64,000 nucleotides of DNA from Candidatus Omnitrophota bacterium (GTDB taxonomy: Bacteria; Omnitrophota; Gorgyraeia; Gygaellales; Profunditerraquicolaceae): NCBI GenBank assembly GCA_049517335.1, contig JBEKSD010000002.1, positions 85,058-149,057 of the forward strand, written 5' to 3'. The position numbers were made by a program, and so were the translations under genes. This document shows positions 18,269 to 27,162 of the stretch, in pieces; position 1 is the stretch's first letter, and the number at the start of each line of letters is the position of its first letter. The notes below the pieces were generated by a model that saw only the letters and a list, made by a program, of their open reading frames with translations, made no database searches and was not told the origin of the DNA.

Positions 18269-19987
18269 TTATTTTGGGAGTTTTTTTAAGCTATATAAAG
18301 CTGCCTGATTTGCGGGATCTATTGTTAATGTTTTCTGCCACATCTTTCTTGCTTCATCATAATTATTCATTTTAGCATAAGTAATCCCAAGCCCGTTATA
18401 TGCCTCAGGGTATTCTTTATTTAATTCTACGGCTTTTTCGTAATACCTAATCGCATCTATATATCTTCCGTTTTGCCCTACAGCGCTGGCTAAATTATTC
18501 CATGCCCTATAAAAATTAGGGTCTAAATCCAAAGCTGCCTTAAACTCCTCAATGGCTTCTGCGGTCATCCTTTTATTGAAATAACATTTACCCAATTCAT
18601 TATGGTCTTCCGCATAATTCTTATCTAAACTTACCGCGATTTTATACTCTTTAATCGCTTCATCCAATAAACCTCTTTCAACATAAAAAGCGGCTAAGGT
18701 ACTATGAGGCAGGGAATTGGTAGGATATTTATCTACCATATTCATCCAAAAAATAATATTGTTTTTATAGTAGAAATTACCCGTGAACGTAAAAATAGCA
18801 TAAAAAATAATAATAGCTATTGCTATATTCTTAGAAAACTTCGAAATTAGCAACGCAAGGATCAAACAAAAACCTACTGCCGGTAAATATAAATAACGGG
18901 GGGCAATGTAATTTGATAACGGGTATATTATGTTAGAAACTGGAATAAGACAGGCAAAGAACCAAAATACCCCAAATGCAACCAAAGGAAGCTTCTTATG
19001 CAATTTAAACGTAGTAAAAACAATTGATATTATCAATAAAACCGAAATTATAACTTTCAGGTTAAGTAACGAGTATGAAATTAAACCTGGATCATCCGGC
19101 AACGTAGAATGAATATTAACGGGAAAGAACATCCATTGAACATATCTGGCCAAAACCCTTAGCATGGTAAGAATATTTGTATATAAATTCCTCATTGGGT
19201 ATGTAATTAACGGATTATCAATGCTAGCCATTACAAAAAACCTGATAAAAATATAAAAAATCAAAACGCCTAAATACCCCAAATAATACCTTTTAAAATG
19301 AGAAATAACGTCTTTGGGCCTTTTATTCAACAAATAATCGTAACCTAATAAAAGAATAGGGAAGGTAACAGACATTTCTTTAGAAAATAATGCCAAACAA
19401 AAAGAGACTAAAGAAGAGAAGTAAAACAACGCCCTCCTCCCTGCCTCCTCCCCCCTGCTTTTTATATAAAAAATAAAGGCTAAAATATAAAACAAGAAAG
19501 CAAGCAGATCCTTCCTAAAAGAAATACAGTTTACTGCTTCTACATTTACAGGATGAAGAGCAAAAAACAAAGATGCCAATATGGCTACTACCTCATTTCC
19601 TACTATTAAGTTTATAAACATGAAAAGAAGCAACGCATTCAACATGTGCAGGATAAGGTTTGTAAAGTGGTACCCGAAAGGGTTCAGCTTCCAAAAAGAA
19701 TAATCTAGGAAATAAGTAAAAGTCCCTATCGGTCTGTATGTAAACTCTCCGGAACCTGTATCCTTTTTTCCAAGATAATCCAAATCCGAAACTTTAGTCA
19801 GGTAACTTCTGTTAAAAAGACGGGGGAAATTATTCCAGGATTTGACAAAATCATTATTCACTATAACTGTAGAATCATCCCATATAAATGAATTTTGGAG
19901 GGAATTAGAATAAGCTAATGCCGTAAAAAACACTATGAATATAATAACCCATTTATTACCGCGTAAAATTGTATCTTTCGATATCAT
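18269..19987 (-). CDS. TMTC-like GT-C membrane glycosyltransferase with C-terminal TPRs
   Basis: FIWDD, YRP, GYHFTNLILH, FALHPVNVEAV..IS.R.D, ALFSKE, RYLYLP; TPR repeats; AT-rich. Confidence 0.88.
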   Translation of the reverse strand: MISKDTILRGNKWVIIFIVFFTALAYSNSLQNSFIWDDSTVIVNNDFVKSWNNFPRLFNRSYLTKVSDLDYLGKKDTGSGEFTYRPIGTFTYFLDYSFWKLNPFGYHFTNLILHMLNALLLFMFINLIVGNEVVAILASLFFALHPVNVEAVNCISFRKDLLAFLFYILAFIFYIKSRGEEAGRRALFYFSSLVSFCLALFSKEMSVTFPILLLGYDYLLNKRPKDVISHFKRYYLGYLGVLIFYIFIRFFVMASIDNPLITYPMRNLYTNILTMLRVLARYVQWMFFPVNIHSTLPDDPGLISYSLLNLKVIISVLLIISIVFTTFKLHKKLPLVAFGVFWFFACLIPVSNIIYPLSNYIAPRYLYLPAVGFCLILALLISKFSKNIAIAIIIFYAIFTFTGNFYYKNNIIFWMNMVDKYPTNSLPHSTLAAFYVERGLLDEAIKEYKIAVSLDKNYAEDHNELGKCYFNKRMTAEAIEEFKAALDLDPNFYRAWNNLASAVGQNGRYIDAIRYYEKAVELNKEYPEAYNGLGITYAKMNNYDEARKMWQKTLTIDPANQAALYSLKKLPK

Positions 19988-20019
19988 ATTTTAAGCCTAT
20001 TCTTTACAGTATAATTATT

Positions 20020-21228
20020 TTATAAGGATTCAACGATGGCATTATAAACCGTTTCCGGCTTAATTGTTTTAAGGCACTTATTATCGCTGCAATCAGAATT
20101 TCTATGGTTTTGGGCTGATAAGCAGGGTGAACATGGCCAATTTGAGTAAATTATGCGGCTATTCTTACCTATGGGCCCGAAAACCTGCGGGCTTTCTGGT
20201 CCAAAAAGAATAAATTTCTTGATCACAGTAAGCATTGCTAAATGCACCAGTCCGCAGTCATTTGAAATCAGAACTTCTGAAATAAGGAATAATTCCATAA
20301 GTTCTTCTAGTGAAGTTTTTCTGGTAAAATCTATACACCGGGAATTACTGATAGCTCCGCGCATTAACCCGCTCTTTTTAGTGGCACCTTCGGTTCCTAT
20401 GATAAGTATATAGTTCCTGCTATCTTGTAATAATAAATTAACAAGTGAAATAAAATTCTCCAACGGCCACTCCCTTAAAGGCAATACGCCTTCACCGGGA
20501 TTAATAAGGAATATCCTGCGTTTGCTACCGATACCAGCATCTTTTAATTTCTTTTCTATGCTTTCTTTAATCTTAACCTTTGAGGCGTATTCCGGGAATA
20601 CTAATTCTTCTTCAATTATTGCCGAATCTAATTGCGGATGATCTTTGGAGCTCGCTGAAACCGCTTGGGCAAAAGAAAGATAGGTTTTACTTACATGATT
20701 TGAAGGGTTATATTGAATTTTATGTGTGAGGAGGCTGCCTCTATATAACCCTTCAAAAGTATAATGATGCAATCCTACTCTCTTTTTAGATCCGGACAGA
20801 TAAGAAATTATTGCAGAAAAACGCGAAAAGAACTCCAAATCGAAAATAATATCTACGCCTTTTCTTCTTAATTGCCAGATTATTTTCAATGTATCCAAGA
20901 CAAAAGTCAGAGGCGTTGTTTCGTCTATCGTAAGGATGTTACTATCCGGTATTATATTTCCGAGTAATTTAAAAATATCCTTATTTTTATTAAATGTTAC
21001 AAAAAATACTTCGGCTAAAGGGTATTCTCTTTTTATATGGTTTAAAAGCGGATAGGATAAAATAACTGTGCCTAATTCTGGTAGCTTTATAAAGGCTATT
21101 TTCTCAGGCGGTTTGTTTATTTTATTTTTTATGCGCAGTATTTTAGAAATATAAACCAGGATACTTAATAAAAAACATAAGGGTATTCCCAGCCAATAAT
21201 CTATTTTTCTTGCCTTATCTATGTCCAT
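20020..21228 (-). CDS. Glycosyltransferase family 9 (ADP-heptose:LPS heptosyltransferase-like)
   Basis: LGTVIL..P, FDLEFFSR, REWPLENF, ISNDCGLVHLA, LFGPE, CSPC...C...C. Confidence 0.88.
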   Translation of the reverse strand: MDIDKARKIDYWLGIPLCFLLSILVYISKILRIKNKINKPPEKIAFIKLPELGTVILSYPLLNHIKREYPLAEVFFVTFNKNKDIFKLLGNIIPDSNILTIDETTPLTFVLDTLKIIWQLRRKGVDIIFDLEFFSRFSAIISYLSGSKKRVGLHHYTFEGLYRGSLLTHKIQYNPSNHVSKTYLSFAQAVSASSKDHPQLDSAIIEEELVFPEYASKVKIKESIEKKLKDAGIGSKRRIFLINPGEGVLPLREWPLENFISLVNLLLQDSRNYILIIGTEGATKKSGLMRGAISNSRCIDFTRKTSLEELMELFLISEVLISNDCGLVHLAMLTVIKKFILFGPESPQVFGPIGKNSRIIYSNWPCSPCLSAQNHRNSDCSDNKCLKTIKPETVYNAIVESL

Positions 21229-21370
21229 ATTGACTTTAATTATATCACAGATTCGGCAAATACGCGCCCTAACTTATTATCTTATCTAGCTGCCACCTGA
21301 GGCTGGTATTATTAAACGATATTTGATAAATGTTTACGCCGGTATCTATGGAAAAATAATATACAGATTC

Positions 21371-21384
21371 CTGACCCCGGTTTA
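21371..21384 (-). repeat. Right 14-bp inverted repeat of the AT-rich island
   Basis: CTGACCCCGGTTTA, preceded by ATTC as in the right half of the 17058 palindrome. Confidence 0.8.
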
Positions 21385-21402
21385 AAGATTTTCCTTTTGA
21401 AG

Positions 21403-22008
21403 TCAATATTTTCTTATTACTGTAATAAGCTTGCCTATAACCTTAAATTCTTCAAATATTGGCGGGTAGTTCTGATTAGCGGCTTCTAAATGGAACTTAC
21501 CGGCTTTAGTACGTAGCCTCTTTAAAGTAACTTCATTATTATCTAAGAGTGCCGCGACTATATCGTTATTACTGGCATCAGGCCGTTTTTTGATAATGGC
21601 AATATCGCCATCAAGAATTCCAGCACCAATCATACTGTCGCCTTTAACCCTTAAAGCAAAAACATCATCAAAGCCTAAGCGGCCAAGGAATAAATCATCG
21701 GCATCCACATAACCCTGGATTTCTTCATAAGCCAGATTCGGCTTACCGGCCATTATGGTGCCAATTATGGGAATCTTGTTAAAGCTGGCGCACTCAGTTA
21801 ATTCAATTGCCCGGGATTTATTGTTCATACGCCTGACCAAGCCTTTCTGCATTAAAGCCTTTAAATAGTCCCTTACTGTGCCCGTGGATTTAAACCCCAG
21901 CTCCTCCCCTATTTCACGGATTGTAGGAGGGAGCCTCTCCCCTACCTGTTTACGGATAAAATTAAGCACTTTTTCCTGCTTCGCAGTCAAATTCGGCTTC
22001 TTTTCCAT
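21403..22008 (-). CDS. lexA: SOS repressor LexA
   Basis: LT.KQ..VL.FI...PPTIREIG..LGFKS; AG cleavage site; VKGDSM catalytic Ser; VTLKR catalytic Lys; start reassigned to ATG at 22008. Confidence 0.95.
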   Translation of the reverse strand: MEKKPNLTAKQEKVLNFIRKQVGERLPPTIREIGEELGFKSTGTVRDYLKALMQKGLVRRMNNKSRAIELTECASFNKIPIIGTIMAGKPNLAYEEIQGYVDADDLFLGRLGFDDVFALRVKGDSMIGAGILDGDIAIIKKRPDASNNDIVAALLDNNEVTLKRLRTKAGKFHLEAANQNYPPIFEEFKVIGKLITVIRKY

Positions 22009-22020
22009 GCTTCCACATAT

Positions 22021-22038
22021 ACCACACATTTGTGTGGT
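22021..22038. promoter_or_regulatory. Candidate LexA operator in the lexA promoter spacer
   Basis: ACCACACA-TT-TGTGTGGT perfect IR next to a minus-strand TTGACA (22040-22045). Confidence 0.65.
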
Positions 22039-22178
22039 TTGTCAAGAAAAAAAACAAGCACCTTAAGTTTTTGTTCAGCGCAGTCTTTTGCACAAAGCGC
22101 AAAGGAAAAGTGCCTTATTATAGTAACATGAAAATATTTGAGAGTATTTCGATAAAATGGTAGACGGAATGCAGCGTC

Positions 22179-22649
22179 CTAAAATCCTTTTCTATTTACA
22201 CTTGTTACAGTTATATCGCCACTCACACGCATCCCTCTTGATTCTTTTCCTGTAGCATTAGAACTGTCCGCTTGCTTCTCCTTAATAACAATCACAAAAG
22301 ACTCTTCATTTATTGGAGGCTTACCTTTTTCCCACGGACGCACATATTTAAAAAAGATAGTCGTCTTCCCTGCCTTAAGCGCTTCGATAGTCCACAGTTG
22401 TTTTCCACCTGAACCGATAAGTTTAGGGTTGTTTCCTGAATATGAAGACCTTATCAATTCCAACATATCTTTATCTAATGACCTTGCAAATTGCCATCTG
22501 TAACCGGTAGTCGCATTTGATTCCAGCGTAATCGTGAAACTCTGGCCAGCATAGGTTTCAATAACTTTAACTTGTTTTTGCTCTTGCGCAAAACAAATCG
22601 AAGAAAAAAATAACAAAATAAATACGGATTGAATAAGCTTTTTCATCAT
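22179..22649 (-). CDS. Chagasin/I42-family cysteine protease inhibitor-like exported protein
   Basis: Signal peptide; F.I.L.SNATTGYRW, GSGG...W, YVRPWE motifs. Confidence 0.88.
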   Translation of the reverse strand: MMKKLIQSVFILLFFSSICFAQEQKQVKVIETYAGQSFTITLESNATTGYRWQFARSLDKDMLELIRSSYSGNNPKLIGSGGKQLWTIEALKAGKTTIFFKYVRPWEKGKPPINEESFVIVIKEKQADSSNATGKESRGMRVSGDITVTSVNRKGF

Positions 22650-22655
22650 TTATGG

Positions 22656-22682
22656 GGTCAGGCCCGAAGTTCGGGTCTGACC
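22656..22682. repeat. GGTCAG-type REP-like hairpin
   Basis: GGTCAGGCCCGAA-G-TTCGGGTCTGACC (one G.T pair). Confidence 0.7.
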
Positions 22683-22790
22683 ACTGTTTTGGGTAAATTA
22701 CCTATTTCCTAATTATATCACTTCCATTTCAAAATAGTAAATGATTTAGAAAAAAGGGTGGCTGAACGATTACTAAACACATCTATTTTC

Positions 22791-22936
22791 AAATTCACGA
22801 GGTGACTCCCTTGAGGACGGGCAGTAATATTGCACAAGGGGACGCCCTCTCTGTAAACAGCTATTGGCAAATTTGAGAGGTATTCCCGTTAAGGACCCCA
22901 GAAAGGAGTCACCATAGAAAGACTCTCTGTAAACAG
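22791..22936. repeat. Tandem pair of a degenerate repeat of about 77 bp (GAGGTGACTCCC...AGGAC...CTCTCTGTAAACAG)
   Basis: Units start at 22791 and 22869; GGTGACTCC(22801)/GGAGTCACC(22905) IR; third copy at 28536. Confidence 0.7.
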
Positions 22937-22966
22937 GTAGGGCAAAATTAGAGCGGACAAACTTTC

Positions 22967-23632
22967 TTAAATACATAAAGATGAATCTTCACGAGAAACA
23001 ATCCTACCATCCTTAAGATAAACCACCCTCGCTGCCTGCGAGCCGAGCTTAGGGTTATGCGTAGTCAATATAACTGTAAGGTTTTCTTTCTTATTTAAAT
23101 CAGCCAGTAGGCCAAAAATATCCTCACCGCTTTTTGTATCCAGGTTTCCCGTTGGCTCATCGGCAAAAAGGATCTTTGGCGATGTAACCAAAGCACGGGC
23201 AATAGCCACCCTCTGTTTCTCTCCTCCGGAAAGCTCTTTTGGCAAATGATTTATACGTTTTCCTAGTCCGACCCGTTCCAATAATTCTCTCGCCTGCCTA
23301 GCCTGCTGCGACATGCGCGCAAAAAGCAAAGGCAGTTGCACGTTTTCAATCGCTGTAAGCGTAGGGATAAGCAAAAAATCCTGAAACACAAATCCTAAAT
23401 ACTTACGGCGCATTGAAACAAGCACATTCTCCTTTGCCTTCGAAACATCTTTACCAAGTATACTTAAACTCCCACTTGTAATTGTAGTTAAGCAACCAAG
23501 GCTATCAAGCAACGTAGTTTTACCTGATCCGGATGGCCCCATAATAGCGATAAAATCTCCTGCCGCTACCTCAAGATTAACATCACGCACAGCATAAATC
23601 TCTTCGGCCAAGAGTTTATAAACTTTAGTCAA
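22967..23632 (-). CDS. ABC ATP-binding protein, LolD/MacB type (natural ATG at 23662 is followed by an in-frame TAA)
   Basis: GPSGSGKTT, LSGGEKQRVAIARAL, FADEPTGNLD, TTH. Confidence 0.88.
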   Translation of the reverse strand: MTKVYKLLAEEIYAVRDVNLEVAAGDFIAIMGPSGSGKTTLLDSLGCLTTITSGSLSILGKDVSKAKENVLVSMRRKYLGFVFQDFLLIPTLTAIENVQLPLLFARMSQQARQARELLERVGLGKRINHLPKELSGGEKQRVAIARALVTSPKILFADEPTGNLDTKSGEDIFGLLADLNKKENLTVILTTHNPKLGSQAARVVYLKDGRIVSREDSSLCI

Positions 23633-23664
23633 TTTATTTGCTTAAATTATATATTCTTTCATAA

Positions 23665-24852
23665 CTATTCTCCCGCGCGAATCGCTTCTACTGGTTTCAT
23701 TAGCGATGCCCGCAATGCCGGATATGCCCCGGCCATCAAACCCATAGCCACCGTGGCAAAAAAGGCTATCAAAAGAAACTCTGGTTTAATCAATACGAGT
23801 TTCCCTGACGGCGCATAAGGGAGGGTGTGACGGATGATTTTTTCTACAAGCGCGCTTCCTATAGAGGCAAGCATCACTCCAAATAACCCGCCGAATACGC
23901 AGATAAGCACTGTCTCTGCCCAGATTACCTTAAAGATATCTAGAGCCGAAGCTCCTAAAGCCTTCATTACTCCTATTTCACGTGTACGTTCAAAAACCGA
24001 CATCAGTATTGTGTTGGTTACGCCGATAACCGCAATAAAAATAGCGATTAATGCTATGGAATTAGCCATTGCCCGCGCCGAAGCCACGAGGTTGAGAATC
24101 GTTCCGCGTACCTGGGCAAGGCTGACCACCTGAATCCCCGGTTCGTTGTAAAGCGATTCTTCGAACTCACCTATCTGCTGAATATTCTTAAGCTTTATAC
24201 CAATACCAGTGAGTTTACCTGGTAAATTAAATATACGCTGTGCAGTAGCAAGCGGGATAAAAATAACTCCGTCATCTTGTGTTCCGGTACGCTCAAATAT
24301 CCCTTTCACGGTAAGCACCTTATTAATTCCGGAAACAAAAATCTTATCACCTATTAATCTCTGCTCTAATTCCGCGGCTTCATAGCCCATGATTGTCTCA
24401 TCTGCATCGGAACCGGAAAACCATCCGCCGGATTTAAACTTCGACCAAGGTTTTAACTCAATGTAAGATTTATCTATGCCCATGTAAAGAGCAAATGATC
24501 CACGGTTCTGCGGACCGCCTTCCTGATTATAAACACTGGAAACCAATTGGGGCGTGATCTTGTCTATGTGCTTGTCTTGTATTATACGCTTATAAACCGC
24601 ATCATCCATATAGCGTAGCCCGCCGCCACCTTGAAGCATCAGCGTTGCCGCCTCATAGGGACAACCCTTAGCCGTAACTAAAAGATGGTAGCCCAATTTA
24701 TCAATATCCTTATTTAACCCGTTTTGATAACCTGCATCAAAACCAAAAAGACTAACTAATACCGCAACTGCCACTGCCACGCCTCCTATGGTAAGAGCAG
24801 TGCGAATTTTCTTACGTTTCAGGTTCTTATACGCTAAAGAGATGAATTTCAT
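23665..24852 (-). CDS. FtsX/MacB-family ABC permease
   Basis: AYKNLKRKKIRTALT, NTILMSVFERTREIGVMKALGA, YPALRAS...PVEAIR; periplasmic AKGCPYE. Confidence 0.92.
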   Translation of the reverse strand: MKFISLAYKNLKRKKIRTALTIGGVAVAVAVLVSLFGFDAGYQNGLNKDIDKLGYHLLVTAKGCPYEAATLMLQGGGGLRYMDDAVYKRIIQDKHIDKITPQLVSSVYNQEGGPQNRGSFALYMGIDKSYIELKPWSKFKSGGWFSGSDADETIMGYEAAELEQRLIGDKIFVSGINKVLTVKGIFERTGTQDDGVIFIPLATAQRIFNLPGKLTGIGIKLKNIQQIGEFEESLYNEPGIQVVSLAQVRGTILNLVASARAMANSIALIAIFIAVIGVTNTILMSVFERTREIGVMKALGASALDIFKVIWAETVLICVFGGLFGVMLASIGSALVEKIIRHTLPYAPSGKLVLIKPEFLLIAFFATVAMGLMAGAYPALRASLMKPVEAIRAGE

Positions 24853-25223
24853 TTAAGCTCAACTCCTTCTCCAATAACGGAAATTTGATTATCTTCTTTT
24901 TTTACCTTGCCCTCTGCCACTACCTTGCTACCGACTGCCTGCGGTATGGCTATTTCAGAAGGATGCAAGTCAACTAATATAACTCCCGTAGCATCCTTAA
25001 GCATGAACCATCCTCCGGCAGGGCATTCCTGGACAATTTTTCCCTCTAGCCGTACGGACTTCCCGGAGAACTGATCTGATTGCTTTAAAATTTCTGTCAC
25101 GGTAGTAACTTTTGCTTGACTAAGCTGGCTGCCGTAAATTCCTGGCTTCTTAGCGCAGCCGTAGAGAACAAACCATATGGAAATACCCGAAATCAACGTA
25201 AAAACTAATAATATTTTCTTCAT
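24849..25223 (-). CDS. OB-fold lipoprotein
   Basis: Lipobox LYGC; V..IL.....F.GKSVRLEGKIVQECPAGGWFMLKD.TG. Confidence 0.78.
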   Translation of the reverse strand: MKKILLVFTLISGISIWFVLYGCAKKPGIYGSQLSQAKVTTVTEILKQSDQFSGKSVRLEGKIVQECPAGGWFMLKDATGVILVDLHPSEIAIPQAVGSKVVAEGKVKKEDNQISVIGEGVELK

Positions 25224-25235
25224 CTAAACTCTCCT

Positions 25236-25826
25236 TTATTTCTGCGAAAGTAGCAATAGATCCAAAAGAATCATATTTTTTCTCAATCCCCGTAACGTCG
25301 CCCGGAAATCCTCAGGGCTGTTTGAGCTTGGGTCTTTTACAGAAACATTCCCCTTGATAAAATCGTCCAGCGTCAGGCCTTTGAACTGTGAAGTAAATTT
25401 AGTATTCATAAACTTGCCTGCTTCTGGAGAAGACATCTTTTGGTAATAGAAATCGACTATCTTACCGTTTAAATCAGTGGCCATAATAAGCTGCATCCCC
25501 CCGTATTTGCCTTTTTGGTTTACCCCATGGACATAGCCGATTGGATCTTTACCCTTAAGCACCGTGTAAAAAACATAAGGAACATCCAAATTCTCATATA
25601 CCGGCTCAAGTTTGTCATTCAGTTTATCTTCCACTTCTTTCTTTAATGTTTCTCCACCTTTTTCCTTAATAGTAACAAAGGTGGTTTTATAGCCGGTGGA
25701 CTCTGGAAAGATCCTCGCTATGTCTCGGTCAGGGTCATTAAGGCTACAGCCCACCGCAGCCCAGGCAGAGCTGACGAATAAAAACAGCACGGCAAGAACC
25801 ATTAGAGTCTTAAATATTTTTTTCAT
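25236..25826 (-). CDS. Exported protein with an FMN-binding (RnfG/NqrC-like) fold
   Basis: Signal peptide AWA; GYV....KGKYGGMQLIMATDLNGKI...F.SQFKG.T; canonical SGAT flavinylation motif not seen; start reassigned to ATG 25826. Confidence 0.7.
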   Translation of the reverse strand: MKKIFKTLMVLAVLFLFVSSAWAAVGCSLNDPDRDIARIFPESTGYKTTFVTIKEKGGETLKKEVEDKLNDKLEPVYENLDVPYVFYTVLKGKDPIGYVHGVNQKGKYGGMQLIMATDLNGKIVDFYYQKMSSPEAGKFMNTKFTSQFKGLTLDDFIKGNVSVKDPSSNSPEDFRATLRGLRKNMILLDLLLLSQK

Positions 25827-25827
25827 C

Positions 25828-26841
25828 TTAGTCCCCCAAGAAATAGAATTGCACCACAAATCTATCTTCCGGCTTTGTATTCATCATACCAAAATCATGC
25901 AAGTATGCCGCGCTCAGCTTTGTCGACTGGCTTAGCCTGTATGTTGCACCAAGAGTAAGTGTAGGCTCATCACTAGATTTTATATGCATATCATTAATCC
26001 ATGATTTATACTGCAACTCAAACTCTATGTTCTGATGCGCAGGAAGCGTGTAAACTATCTCAGTAAGATAGCCCAATACCTCATTTTTATCATCGCGGCC
26101 ATAAGCACATTCTCCCTTAAAAAGAAACGGTCCGTAAAGATACTGTCCGTCTAAACCTACTCTATTCTTATTCATCGCATCGGGTGATAAAAGCTTATCT
26201 TCAGGAAAAGTACGCATGCCTTCGCTCTCTAGGGTGCGGCCAGATAATAATGAGAGCCCAGCTTGTAAATTTCTACCTTGGGGTGTTCCTATTCTTAACG
26301 TTGCCAGATAGCTGTCGTCCTGGCGGCGTATGCTCATGCCTGATCCTGTTTGCAGACTGGCTTCGTAATCAAACTTTGGAAATGATCCGCGCATCTGCAC
26401 ACCCCAGTCTTTGTTAAATCCAATATCCTGGTCAGCTAAAGTCTGCAGTAACGTGCTGTGCGTATCTACCACCGGCTCAAGGCCAAACGAGGGGGTAAAA
26501 TGCCCCCCTCTTATTTTAAGATACTGCGAGATTTTATACTCGAGCCAGGCATTATGAATCTCTGCTCCCCCTGCCTGGTGGGAATTCTCCCTGCTATCAT
26601 AGGCAGCGCGCATCTGCAGGTCAGCGGTAAGAAAATCTCCGTAATCTCCGGAAAACTTACGGTATAATTCAAAACCTGCGGAGCTGTTCATTGTCCCGTT
26701 TTTGTCAATCCAACCATCCCGACTGGAATAACCTCCTATAAGGTTTAGTTCCTTATAGAAAAACCCTTCAGAATCTGCAAAAGCCCAAGATACAGGAAAT
26801 AAAGCTATTAAGGCTAAGACTATTAATGATTTATAGGGCAT
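25828..26841 (-). CDS. Outer-membrane beta-barrel (porin-like)
   Basis: Signal peptide; EIHNAWLEYK...KIRGGHF.PSFGLE; DWG; alternating beta strands; terminal QFYF. Confidence 0.75.
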   Translation of the reverse strand: MPYKSLIVLALIALFPVSWAFADSEGFFYKELNLIGGYSSRDGWIDKNGTMNSSAGFELYRKFSGDYGDFLTADLQMRAAYDSRENSHQAGGAEIHNAWLEYKISQYLKIRGGHFTPSFGLEPVVDTHSTLLQTLADQDIGFNKDWGVQMRGSFPKFDYEASLQTGSGMSIRRQDDSYLATLRIGTPQGRNLQAGLSLLSGRTLESEGMRTFPEDKLLSPDAMNKNRVGLDGQYLYGPFLFKGECAYGRDDKNEVLGYLTEIVYTLPAHQNIEFELQYKSWINDMHIKSSDEPTLTLGATYRLSQSTKLSAAYLHDFGMMNTKPEDRFVVQFYFLGD

Positions 26842-26849
26842 AAATCTTT

Positions 26850-27131
26850 TTACAATTTCCTGAACTGTCGGATAAGCTGCAGTATCTCCTCAATCTTTTT
26901 TGCGCGCTCAACTCCTGACTTGCCCCGTATAGCTTCGCTGACGCAACCGTTAAAGTGTCTCTCCAAAACTTTATCTTCTACAGAAACAAGTGCTTTCATT
27001 ACCGCATGCGTCTGATTGAGGATATCCACGCAATACTTGCGCTCTTCAATCATTCTCTGTATTCCCCGCACCTGGCCCTCTATCCTCTTTAATGCCACGA
27101 TGCTCTCTGTGTGATTCGGATATTCCTTCAT
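26850..27131 (-). CDS. CsoR/RcnR-family metal-sensing repressor
   Basis: LKRIEGQVRGIQRMIEE.KYCVDILNQ...LERH..GCV; start reassigned to ATG 27131 after GGAGG. Confidence 0.92.
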   Translation of the reverse strand: MKEYPNHTESIVALKRIEGQVRGIQRMIEERKYCVDILNQTHAVMKALVSVEDKVLERHFNGCVSEAIRGKSGVERAKKIEEILQLIRQFRKL

Positions 27132-27162
27132 AATGCTTCCCTCCTTTATCGTTGTATATAGC

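Noticed and set aside
22009-22029. MCGICGS N-terminus on LexA as a metal-binding motif
   Set aside because: It arises from translating the promoter/operator; the likely start is ATG 22008
22791-22936. Possible mini-CRISPR array
   Set aside because: Only two degenerate adjacent units with related internal sequence, and no cas genes
22773-22976. 67-aa ORF downstream of the ABC ATPase
   Set aside because: It lies over the repeat units and has no protein features
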